IMG/VR virus record: IMGVR_UViG_3300025009_000088
Span: 4,714 to 68,713 of that record
Length of the DNA: 64,000 bases
Reading direction: 5' to 3' (one strand)
From: a virus
Below the pieces are notes generated by a model. That model did no database searches. It was not told the DNA's origin and saw nothing but the letters and a program-made list of their open reading frames with translations. Made by a program: the position numbers and the translations under genes. This document shows positions 47,953-56,302 of the stretch, one piece after another (the first letter of the stretch is position 1; each line of letters starts with the position of its first letter).

Positions 47953-48180
47953 ATGTCACACTTTCACGGAACTCGCCACTTCAAAGGCGGCATTGAACTG
48001 GACGAAAACGCAATGCCGCCTAATTCAAAATACTGGAAGGAGTGCGCCAATGGTGCGCTCTGGAATCTCCAGGACTTGATAGGAGATGAGGAGGCAAGAG
48101 CCGCAACCGACAAACTAACGGGAACGTGGAAAGAGATATGCCAAGCAATCGAACAGATCATAAAGGAGAAAACTAAATGA
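47953..48180 (+). CDS. Hypothetical protein
   Basis: ORF coupled to next gene. Confidence 0.45.
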   Translation: MSHFHGTRHFKGGIELDENAMPPNSKYWKECANGALWNLQDLIGDEEARAATDKLTGTWKEICQAIEQIIKEKTK

Positions 48181-48569
48181 GCATAAAAAGTTGGAAGAAA
48201 GAATTTTATCCCGTTCCTGCGTCAGAAGTGAAGGACGCGAAAGAGGCAATCAAGCACTCGCTGAAAAAGTGGAAAGGGCTTCTTCCTGACGCTCTGGAAA
48301 GGCATAAGATTACTTTGAATGTCACTACACTTATGTCTGGAAGAAGCGAGTTCGAAATAGGCGGAGAGTCGTGTGCACTTTGCCTAATATCAACAAGAAT
48401 TGAAAGTCTTTTCGGCGATTGTAGGAAATGCCCTCTGTTCGAAAATCTTGGACATAGATGCGACATGGCGGATGATCGCCCTTGGGTCATATTTCAAAAC
48501 ACCGGCAATCCAAAACCAATGATCGCCGCGCTTAACAAAACACTGAAAGAATACAAGGAGAAAAAATGA
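48177..48569 (+). CDS. Cys-rich phage protein
   Basis: 'AI.HSLKKW.GL', 'CALC', 'C..CPL'. Confidence 0.6.
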   Translation: MSIKSWKKEFYPVPASEVKDAKEAIKHSLKKWKGLLPDALERHKITLNVTTLMSGRSEFEIGGESCALCLISTRIESLFGDCRKCPLFENLGHRCDMADDRPWVIFQNTGNPKPMIAALNKTLKEYKEKK

Positions 48570-48802
48570 GCGATAAACAGGTCTATTGCATTCGGTGTGG
48601 AGAAATGGTTTATCAAGAGAACAACGGCGGACACATGGTCATGCGCTGGCCCCTTGACCTATACGCATCCCCAGAAGTGGACTACTGCGAGTTTCCTGAT
48701 GGTTGGGCAACCTGCGCTCCTCCTGATGTAAATATGGACGACTATATTAACACCGTCGTCCCGCCTACGGACGAGGAAATTGCGCAGATGGAGGCGGGAT
48801 GA
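48566..48802 (+). CDS. Hypothetical protein (CxxC)
   Basis: AAGGAG RBS, coupled. Confidence 0.5.
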   Translation: MSDKQVYCIRCGEMVYQENNGGHMVMRWPLDLYASPEVDYCEFPDGWATCAPPDVNMDDYINTVVPPTDEEIAQMEAG

Positions 48803-49002
48803 TCGAAGTCTCGAAAACCTCCAACCTTGCAGAGTACCTAGCGTCCTTCAATGGCAAGGACGCAAACGAGGCAATCAAAAACGCCGAGAAGTGGGCGAAG
48901 TCGAAAGGCTTCGAGATTGTAAACTACTTTGTGCAAGGAAACGGCAGGTCAATCATTGTCGGCTTTAACACGCCGATAAACTCTAATCAGGATTTAATGT
49001 AG
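48799..49002 (+). CDS. Hypothetical protein
   Basis: GGAGG RBS, coupled. Confidence 0.5.
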   Translation: MIEVSKTSNLAEYLASFNGKDANEAIKNAEKWAKSKGFEIVNYFVQGNGRSIIVGFNTPINSNQDLM

Positions 49003-49180
49003 AAACCATTAACACGGTGTAAAATGTTGTCATGGCATTGGGCAACGGCGAAGTCATAAGAACACAGCCCAACCCGCATAGTGTAAGCGGGTGACAGTCG
49101 GGAACAAGCAGAACGCCTAGTGAAGTTTTTCATCTGCGCATCGATCCGCATAGCCGACATAACTTGGCAAGGAGCCAAAT

Positions 49181-50062
49181 ATGACTAACGATCACGAAAA
49201 CGAATTTTCCAGACCGGACGAATCAAAAGAAATTGTACCAATCGTAGACGAAAGAACTGGCGAGATAATTCCCAGGAACGCACCTCAACCAATTGCGAAA
49301 GCGATGTACACCTTTGATGTTTCGGCAATTGGAACCCTCAAGTTAGACGAAAACGCAGAAAAGGTCTTGGATGAGCCGCTCGAAGATGCGGACGTTTTAA
49401 TCCGTCCAGACGGTTTGGTTTACCTGCCCTGGACGTACTACGCAAAGAAACTCAATCGTGCGTTTGGTCGCCTCCAGTGGGGCATTATTCCAAGCGGAAA
49501 CCCTGTCAGTAAGGATGTTGGTTACGATAACATTCTTGTCGCCTGGAATTTTTGGCTGGTTGTGAAAGGTATTCCAATTGCGTTTTCGGTTGGAGAGACA
49601 ACGTACCGCACCACCAATAAGTCCATGTCCTATACAGACGCTTGCGAAGGCGCGAAATCGTCTGCGCTCGCTCGTAACTGCAAGCAACTTGGTATCTCTT
49701 TGGAATTGTGGGACAAGGAATGGATCGAAGGTTGGAAGAAGAACAACGCAGAAACATACAAAAAGGATGACAGAGTCCTTTGGCGCAAGAAAGACCTTAA
49801 CAAACCGAAAGCCGAGAAGCCCGTCAAGCAAGATGCTGAGCAGGAAACCTCGGAACACATCGAGGAAGGAACTGTCGTTGAGACTGCGCAGGAATTGTCT
49901 GATGGTTATACCGCCAAGCAAATCCTCGCAAAGATTGATGTCGTCAAGGAAATTTCTACTCTCTCCAAGAAGCCAGTCGTTGAAGTCTGCGGCTTTGTTG
50001 GCAAGTTGGAGAAGGGGAAAAAATTCACTGTTGGCGAAATCGTCAAGCAACTAGGAGAATAA
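49181..50062 (+). CDS. Mgm101/Rad52-like single-strand annealing protein
   Basis: 'IRPDGLVYLP...Y...LNRAFG...WG..P', 'A.EGAKSSAL.R.CK.LGI..ELWD..WI..W'. Confidence 0.8.
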   Translation: MTNDHENEFSRPDESKEIVPIVDERTGEIIPRNAPQPIAKAMYTFDVSAIGTLKLDENAEKVLDEPLEDADVLIRPDGLVYLPWTYYAKKLNRAFGRLQWGIIPSGNPVSKDVGYDNILVAWNFWLVVKGIPIAFSVGETTYRTTNKSMSYTDACEGAKSSALARNCKQLGISLELWDKEWIEGWKKNNAETYKKDDRVLWRKKDLNKPKAEKPVKQDAEQETSEHIEEGTVVETAQELSDGYTAKQILAKIDVVKEISTLSKKPVVEVCGFVGKLEKGKKFTVGEIVKQLGE

Positions 50063-50064
50063 AC

Positions 50065-50439
50065 ATGAGCGACATTGAAATGACTGTATTCGGAAATCTT
50101 GGTCGTGATCCCGAACAAAAGTTCACTCCGTCTGGCAAAATGATCTGCACCTTCTCAATTGCCAGTTCCGTTGGCTACGGAGACAAGAAACACACCGTCT
50201 GGACAAAGTGCGTAGCCTGGGAGAAACTTGGAGAACTGATCGGCAACATGACCTGCAAGGGAACGTCTCTTTACGTGCGAGGAACGCCGGAAGTCAAGGT
50301 ATGGAAAACGAAGGAAGGCGAACCTGCTGGCAACATTGAGATGAACGTGCAGGAGTTCCGTATCTTGAAGAATGGCAAGCCGAAGGAAGGTGCAGAAGAA
50401 AGCACGCCATACGACGGCGACGAGGACGCAGAGGAATAA
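50065..50439 (+). CDS. ssb: Single-stranded DNA-binding protein
   Basis: 'GNLGRDPE..FTPSG....FSIA', 'W.KL.E', acidic tail. Confidence 0.9.
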   Translation: MSDIEMTVFGNLGRDPEQKFTPSGKMICTFSIASSVGYGDKKHTVWTKCVAWEKLGELIGNMTCKGTSLYVRGTPEVKVWKTKEGEPAGNIEMNVQEFRILKNGKPKEGAEESTPYDGDEDAEE

Positions 50440-51170
50440 TGGACATCGAAGCCAAACTTGACATTCTGGATGAATATCACAGCCAAAAAGACTCAATCGA
50501 AGCGCAGAAGAGAACCTTGCTGGACGAGGTGAAAATCCCCGCCGAGATTGAGCAGGTTGTCAGCGAAGGAATGAAGGCGATTGCAGAAGTTGAGCAGTCC
50601 ATGCGCGCCGAAGAGAAAGACTTTTATTCTTCGATTGAGACAGGTCTTGCCGCCATAGTAATTCCACAAGAACTCAAAGACGCTCTGGAAGAGATTGACC
50701 GCCAACGTACCGAAATCATGACAAAGTTTCAGGACGTGGAGAAGCAGAAGCAGTTCTTGCGAGTCACAAAGTCTGAACATGATGCGGAGTTGCTTGAAAA
50801 AATCGGTATCCGCAAGGCGGAACTACAAGCAGAGATCGAGCAGAAAACTCGTGACGTTTACGCAGGAGTTGAACAGCGCAGGGCGGAAATCGAAGCAGAG
50901 TTCAAAGGCAAGGCCGAGGCGGTTGACGAGAATATCGCCAAGCTGGAGCAGGAAATCAAAGACGAAGTGAAACTTCGAGCCGCAGAGAAATTGGCCGCCA
51001 ACCCGAAGTCGAAAGACTTGTCTGTAAAAGGTAAGTTTTTTACGGCGGTTTACTCGAAGGCGCGCAAAACCTGGGTTCCTGCGAAACTTGACGACTACGT
51101 TGAAACGCATCCAGACATCAAAGATTGCTACACCGAAGGCGATCCGTCAATTTCAATTCGCCGCGTATAA
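50439..51170 (+). CDS. Coiled-coil protein (Gam/Gp157-like position in recombination module)
   Basis: Long coiled-coil; C-terminal 'W...LD.Y...HP......G.PS.SI'. Confidence 0.5.
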   Translation: MDIEAKLDILDEYHSQKDSIEAQKRTLLDEVKIPAEIEQVVSEGMKAIAEVEQSMRAEEKDFYSSIETGLAAIVIPQELKDALEEIDRQRTEIMTKFQDVEKQKQFLRVTKSEHDAELLEKIGIRKAELQAEIEQKTRDVYAGVEQRRAEIEAEFKGKAEAVDENIAKLEQEIKDEVKLRAAEKLAANPKSKDLSVKGKFFTAVYSKARKTWVPAKLDDYVETHPDIKDCYTEGDPSISIRRV

Positions 51171-51180
51171 CACCGTGTAA

Positions 51181-51423
51181 AACTGGCGGCGGCTAATCCA
51201 GCGCCGGACGGCTAGCAATAGCGACACGAAGAAGCGCACTTCTGAAAATAGCGCAAAACGAGTCCGTAGGTGAAACTCCTGCATTAGGCTATGTGGCGAT
51301 GACCCGCCGCCAGTTAACAGCCGCGCTCGGCTTGTAGAAACCAAGAGGCGGCAGTACCAACTCTGCGCCGCGTAACCTAGATGGTTGATAGTCGGCATGA
51401 ACTAAGCACCGAGCGGCGCAGAG
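51181..51423 (+). ncRNA. Candidate structured non-coding RNA(s)
   Basis: Perfect 12-bp (51181-51192/51304-51315) and 11-bp (51361-51371/51413-51423) closing stems with internal hairpins in an intergenic gap. Confidence 0.5.
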
Positions 51424-51450
51424 AAATCATAGAAAGAAAGGAAAAATGAA

Positions 51451-51723
51451 ATGGGATGCTATGTAAATCCAACCAACGAAAGCAAGGAATCCTTCCTGAA
51501 CCGCGAAGGAAAAGAAGTTGAAAAACCCGCGTATGGCGAACAGGCGCAAGACGAGCAGTTTGTTTGCCTTGTTGACAACGGCTTATTTACTGCCGCGGCA
51601 ATTTTATACAACGAAGGAGAGGTTGACGCATTTACTCGACCAGAAGATCGTCGCAAGCGAAAGTTTTACCTTGTGAAAACAGAAAAACTCTTCGAGGTAT
51701 CTCCGCTACAAGAATATCTATAG
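51451..51723 (+). CDS. Hypothetical protein
   Basis: 'VCLVDNG.FTAA' motif; RBS. Confidence 0.6.
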   Translation: MGCYVNPTNESKESFLNREGKEVEKPAYGEQAQDEQFVCLVDNGLFTAAAILYNEGEVDAFTRPEDRRKRKFYLVKTEKLFEVSPLQEYL

Positions 51724-51731
51724 TGCGGAAC

Positions 51732-51806
51732 GGGCAGTATCGGCTGTAAATACACCTAACCTTGGCAGGCAGGCGTATCAGGTAGGTTCGACTCCTATCC
51801 TGCCCA
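51732..51806 (+). ncRNA. tRNA-like element (acceptor stem and T-arm intact, D and anticodon arms non-canonical)
   Basis: GGGCAG...CTGCCC-A ends; GTAGG-TTCGACT-CCTAT T-arm; 75 nt. Confidence 0.45.
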
Positions 51807-51862
51807 CACGATCATGTGCTAATACCAAATTAGCGTAGTCAATAAAAAATAAAGAGGAATAA

Positions 51863-52279
51863 ATGGAAAAAATAGTTGAGTTTTCTCCGGCTTACGACAA
51901 ACGACATGCAGACCCAAGTAAAAACTATGGCGTCGGCTCTGTGAAAATGCGAATGATTTTGAAAGGAGAACTTGGCGCAACCCAATTCCTTGTTTATACT
52001 TCTTGGTATTTGCCAGAAGTGACGCGAGAACTACGGGCAAAACACAGCGAAATGTTTGAGCCATTGCCCGGCGACGTTGGATACCATTCTCCAAAACAAA
52101 TGTATGAAGGGCAGACCTCAATGGGCGCTTGTCCGTATCTTGATGGCAAAGAATGTTATCATGACGGGTCTGGATTGCGCGCCGAAGAGGTTTTCAAAGA
52201 TTTCCTACGAGAAGGCGATTCTGCGGTTTGGAAAGAACTAGAGGAATATTACATAGACCTCTTTGGTGAACTAAAATAA
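51863..52279 (+). CDS. Hypothetical protein flanked by 16-bp direct repeats
   Basis: 'DVGYHSP', 'CPYLDG..C..DGSGL'; AGCGTAGTCAATAAAA on both sides. Confidence 0.65.
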   Translation: MEKIVEFSPAYDKRHADPSKNYGVGSVKMRMILKGELGATQFLVYTSWYLPEVTRELRAKHSEMFEPLPGDVGYHSPKQMYEGQTSMGACPYLDGKECYHDGSGLRAEEVFKDFLREGDSAVWKELEEYYIDLFGELK

Positions 52280-52307
52280 GAGCGTAGTCAATAAAACGGA
52301 GAATAAA

Positions 52308-52595
52308 ATGTCAGAAGAAAAGGAAAAGTACGCAGTAAGCGCGTTGGATAAACTTATAATTCACGCAGATTTTCTCCGCATCGAAGGAGTCGAAGCGGAA
52401 CTCGCCGCTTACAAACAGCAGGCAGAGGAGAATAAAAAACTTCTTAGAATCAACAAGGGGTTGTCTAAATTCATTGGGATGATCGAGGCGCACTTGCTAA
52501 AAACTTCTGTACTTACCGCGAGGGAATATGATGATATTAGCGATGAATTTACTAGACAAGAACGAAAGGAGATGAGCGATGAGCGAAGCACTTGA
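52308..52595 (+). CDS. Hypothetical protein
   Basis: GGAG RBS. Confidence 0.5.
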   Translation: MSEEKEKYAVSALDKLIIHADFLRIEGVEAELAAYKQQAEENKKLLRINKGLSKFIGMIEAHLLKTSVLTAREYDDISDEFTRQERKEMSDERST

Positions 52596-52760
52596 TAGAG
52601 CTGTTGAACGAGAAGAGGAAATTCTGCAAGAAAAGTTATTGTATAAAGAAATTTCCAATGAAGAATATAGTAAGGAATTACGCGACTTGTATCACGAAGC
52701 ATATGAGCGCGCCAGAGAAGAGTTCAGGCAAGAAGGTGAGGAATGAGCAGAGTTGCGCTA

Positions 52761-52788
52761 TTGACTCCTGCCAATTTTGCGGTATCAT
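52761..52788 (+). promoter_or_regulatory. Sigma70-type promoter for HNH/initiator genes
   Basis: TTGACT-16 nt-TATCAT. Confidence 0.5.
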
Positions 52789-52911
52789 ATAGGCGTGGCA
52801 GTTTTCAGGAGATTTTTATTCCAAAGCAAAAACCAGCCAATCTGTTGCGCTCCTGAACTGTCACAAGTCTTGGAAAGCAGGTTGGCTGGTCTTTGTTTCA
52901 GGAGTCGAGCT

Positions 52912-53469
52912 ATGATAGACGAAACGAATACACAAGAAGTAGGTCGCATTCCGTCTCCATACGAAATAACGCAGAATCAAACATCAAACGGCGGATGGAA
53001 TAAGAACGCATTGCGCGAATGGGGCGTAGAGTGGCCTCCGCCAGAAGGATGGAAGAAAGAATTAGAAAATGCTTATCGACTAGGACAAACAATCGGATTT
53101 ATTCTTGAGTGTATCGGATGCAGGAAGGCGAAGTATTTCGTAGACCATGAAGATTATCCGGTATGCAACGACTGCAAAAAATTTGAACAGGATAGATATG
53201 ATAGAGAACACAATGAAATCAGGCTAATTCGACAAAAAAGAGTTAGATGCAAGTGCAAAAAGGAAAGCATACCAAGCGATTTTAGATGGACTGTTTTCGA
53301 GCGAGACAATTTTACATGTCAAAAATGCGGAAGCAGACGAAACCTTTCAGTGGATCACATATTCCCAGAATCTATGGGAGGAAAATTAACAATGGAAAAC
53401 GCACAAACTCTTTGTAAGCATTGTAATAGCAAAAAAGGAGCAAAACTTGAAAATAACCCATCTTCTTGA
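52912..53469 (+). CDS. HNH endonuclease
   Basis: 'R..VFERDNFTCQ.CG', 'DHI.P.S.GG', 'N.Q.LC..CNS.KG'; AGGAG RBS before 52912. Confidence 0.85.
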   Translation: MIDETNTQEVGRIPSPYEITQNQTSNGGWNKNALREWGVEWPPPEGWKKELENAYRLGQTIGFILECIGCRKAKYFVDHEDYPVCNDCKKFEQDRYDREHNEIRLIRQKRVRCKCKKESIPSDFRWTVFERDNFTCQKCGSRRNLSVDHIFPESMGGKLTMENAQTLCKHCNSKKGAKLENNPSS

Positions 53470-54199
53470 CAGGCCAATTGCTTTCCATCGGTGCTTCGTA
53501 ACTCTGACGGGTTCTGTAAAAGCGGCCATTATGCTATCTCAGGCAATTTACTGGCAACCACGCGCAAAGCAAGAAGATGGATGGTGGTACAAGACAGCCG
53601 AAGAGTGGCAGGAAGAGACTGGCCTTAGCCAGCATGAACAGCGAACTGCCAGAAAAGACTGCGGAAAATACCTGCTTTCTGAACTTCGCGGCATACCCGC
53701 GCAACTGTTTTGGAAAGTGGATGAAGATGCTCTATATTCAGACTTGATTGGCGATAGTACACAAACAAGTTTGGCGGAAAGCGCGAAACTTGAGGTTGAG
53801 GAAGCGCGAAACATTAATATGAATACAGAGACTACTACAGAGATTACTACTAGCGTTCCGCAATCTGTAACCGACTCCGCAAACAAGGAAGTTGACTATA
53901 TCCTGAAAATATCGTTATCACCAAAAGCCATTCAAGACGCAGTAGCCCAATTCTTCCTGCTTACTCCGAACTGGCAAGGAAACAAATTCAATCGAGAATG
54001 GACTCAATGGGCAGTAGAGAATGGCGTTACTCCTGCGCAGATCGAATATGCTTCAAAGATATGGAATTCTGATAAAAGGTTCAACTGGCAACAGAAAAGC
54101 CTCAAAGGCATACAGGAGCATTGGTTGGAGTTGCGTGGAGGAAAGCAGTCTACGCAACCTAAATCCGATGCCAACGGCTCCCCGATGTCATACGGATAG
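53447..54199 (+). CDS. Phage replication initiator (wHTH N-terminus)
   Basis: 'RPIAF......TGSV.AAIMLSQ.IYW', 'W.YKT.EEW.EETGLS'. Confidence 0.75.
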   Translation: MKITHLLDRPIAFHRCFVTLTGSVKAAIMLSQAIYWQPRAKQEDGWWYKTAEEWQEETGLSQHEQRTARKDCGKYLLSELRGIPAQLFWKVDEDALYSDLIGDSTQTSLAESAKLEVEEARNINMNTETTTEITTSVPQSVTDSANKEVDYILKISLSPKAIQDAVAQFFLLTPNWQGNKFNREWTQWAVENGVTPAQIEYASKIWNSDKRFNWQQKSLKGIQEHWLELRGGKQSTQPKSDANGSPMSYG

Positions 54200-54210
54200 G
54201 AGATAAAACA

Positions 54211-54462
54211 ATGAGCGCACTAGATGCCGTAATTTCAGTTGCAAAATATGTAGTCCAAAGGTATCCAGAACTTGTAGAAGAAGAAGTTGTAGATCGTGCA
54301 GAAAAGCAACTCTTCGAACTTCGCGAGGCAAACGAACATTTGCATAAACGTCTCGCCGTCGCGGACAGGCTTGTGGGCGCGGTGGAATATCGTTGCAATG
54401 TTATCAGCGATTCGCACCTATTTTATCTTGTTTATGAGTATCGAAAGACGAGTAAACCATGA
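54211..54462 (+). CDS. Hypothetical protein
   Basis: AGGAG RBS. Confidence 0.5.
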   Translation: MSALDAVISVAKYVVQRYPELVEEEVVDRAEKQLFELREANEHLHKRLAVADRLVGAVEYRCNVISDSHLFYLVYEYRKTSKP

Positions 54463-54839
54463 AAACATACAAACTGAAAGATAATCCAATCTCTGAAAAT
54501 GGCGGTTTTGTGTGTGGCTTCTTCGAGAAGTTTCCACTCACCGAAGATGACCATTTATCTTGGGGAGATAATCCAGATGTTATGTATGTTTGCCACATGG
54601 TTGGAAGCGAAAGCGAGAAATACACCGACATCTGCAAAGGCGATTACTGTAAATGTCCGCTTGCTTATGGAAAGTCAAAGATTACCCCAATTGAGCAGGT
54701 GCGCAAAACAGTTGTAGATGATGCAATAGAAAAATACAAAGAGTCATTTCTTGCAGATTTATACACTGATAACGCATATCGCAACGCGAAAGAGTTTGAG
54801 GATGATTTAGACAACATGCTCAAAGAAAGGAAAAAATAA
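54459..54839 (+). CDS. Hypothetical protein
   Basis: Coupled ORF. Confidence 0.5.
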   Translation: MKTYKLKDNPISENGGFVCGFFEKFPLTEDDHLSWGDNPDVMYVCHMVGSESEKYTDICKGDYCKCPLAYGKSKITPIEQVRKTVVDDAIEKYKESFLADLYTDNAYRNAKEFEDDLDNMLKERKK

Positions 54840-55036
54840 TGAACGAATGTAAACACATGAGCGTTTGGATTGAAACAAAAGTAGCTTCTCCTGCGACCTA
54901 CGATTTTCCAGCAGAAACAATGTCTCGCGCAGTCTGCAAAGAATGTGACGAGATAATGGATGTTGAAGATATTCCAGAAGGCGCAGAAGAAACAGAAAGA
55001 GAACCAGAATATGACTATTTGGATGGTGAATTATGA
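54839..55036 (+). CDS. Small acidic Cys-motif protein
   Basis: Coupled ORF, CKH...CKEC. Confidence 0.5.
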   Translation: MNECKHMSVWIETKVASPATYDFPAETMSRAVCKECDEIMDVEDIPEGAEETEREPEYDYLDGEL

Positions 55037-55248
55037 GCATGAAAGACACAGAGAATGGCGTGCGTACTATGTTCTACGTTAATGATGTTCGCGTTCTAGA
55101 TACATACACACGTTTTCCGCCAGTTGTCGGAGACGAAGTAAGATGCTATGGAAAAATATACAGAATCTATTATCGCCTGTTTTGTTACGAAGAATCAAAA
55201 TATCACTACGCATATCAAATGCAAGAGGTAAATGATGCAGACAATTAG
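55033..55248 (+). CDS. Hypothetical protein
   Basis: Coupled ORF. Confidence 0.45.
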   Translation: MSMKDTENGVRTMFYVNDVRVLDTYTRFPPVVGDEVRCYGKIYRIYYRLFCYEESKYHYAYQMQEVNDADN

Positions 55249-55759
55249 ACGCGAACTGCGCTTGAAGTTTCTTGAAATTGTGGCAAACGACAACTTGTCT
55301 CCGAATGAAATGGCGGACAAACTAGCAGACGCCGCCCTTGAGATCAGAGGCTTGCAACTTAGTCAGGCAAAAGCCGCACTTCCTCTTGATTGGAAAATTG
55401 CCACAGGACAAGAGATAACAAAAGAGGATATGGATAAGTCCATACTTTCCAGAGAAGCCACTAACAGCTTCGAGCAGGAACTTCACTTCAATCCGTTGCC
55501 CTGGTCGTCTAATAGAGATTGGGAAAAGTTTGAGAAATGGGTTGCTGAGGAGTATACAAAAGACAGGAGCGTTTGGAGGAAGTATGACGAATGGAGAAAA
55601 GGAAACGGAAAGTATGCCGCAATTAGCAATAAAGCGATAAAATATCATCCTGCCGATTTCATTGCGTGTTTTCCTGACTTCCTAGCCCATTCACAGATGT
55701 ATCCTAAGCGAGACACACAACCAAAGTTAGACGCGAATGACTCTCCGATGTCATATTGA
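55232..55759 (+). CDS. Hypothetical protein sharing its C-terminal tail with the initiator
   Basis: Ends TQPKLDANDSPMSY vs TQPKSDANGSPMSYG. Confidence 0.65.
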   Translation: MMQTIRRELRLKFLEIVANDNLSPNEMADKLADAALEIRGLQLSQAKAALPLDWKIATGQEITKEDMDKSILSREATNSFEQELHFNPLPWSSNRDWEKFEKWVAEEYTKDRSVWRKYDEWRKGNGKYAAISNKAIKYHPADFIACFPDFLAHSQMYPKRDTQPKLDANDSPMSY

Positions 55760-55773
55760 GGCGAAGTGACAAA

Positions 55774-56034
55774 ATGATAACAAGAAAATGGGTGACGAGA
55801 CATTCGACAGAAGATGACGAGACATTTCCTGTGTATGTTGAATTATCCCCAAAAGCGATGGTAGGAGAACTGGCTGTGCTTGGGTTTGTGCGTATTACAA
55901 AAGATAATCTTTACAGAGCGTGTGTTTGTGAATTAAAAGAAACACTGTGTAATTCAGAGGCAGAGGGAAAAGAGGCTGTCGAAGAGTTCTGCAAAAAAAT
56001 TCCGCACATCCTGAAAGAAATTTCTGTTTTATAA
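55774..56034 (+). CDS. Hypothetical protein
   Basis: ORF in replication region; start uncertain. Confidence 0.45.
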   Translation: MITRKWVTRHSTEDDETFPVYVELSPKAMVGELAVLGFVRITKDNLYRACVCELKETLCNSEAEGKEAVEEFCKKIPHILKEISVL

Positions 56035-56044
56035 GGAGATAAAA

Positions 56045-56302
56045 ATGAAAAATGAAGATGTTTCAAACGAGCAAGTATTGATTGATATTAAGAATACGAA
56101 AGACGAAATCAGAGCGCACACCATGATCGCAGAAGGAAATCGAATCCTTTCCGGGCTTCCAGAAGCAGACGTACAAGACCGAGCATATCATAGAGTTAAA
56201 ATTATAGAAAGCGAAACTGCGGCGGATTGCTCCGCAAGACTTCTTACGTTTCTTTTGAGTTTGGCGGAAGAAAGAGGAATAACAGATGAAACTATTCTTT
56301 GA
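56045..56302 (+). CDS. Hypothetical protein
   Basis: AAGGAG RBS. Confidence 0.5.
   Translation: MKNEDVSNEQVLIDIKNTKDEIRAHTMIAEGNRILSGLPEADVQDRAYHRVKIIESETAADCSARLLTFLLSLAEERGITDETIL

Noticed and set aside
51732-51806. Functional canonical tRNA-Pro(TGG)
   Set aside because: No D-stem pairing, two mismatches in the would-be anticodon stem and no CCA; kept only as tRNA-like.
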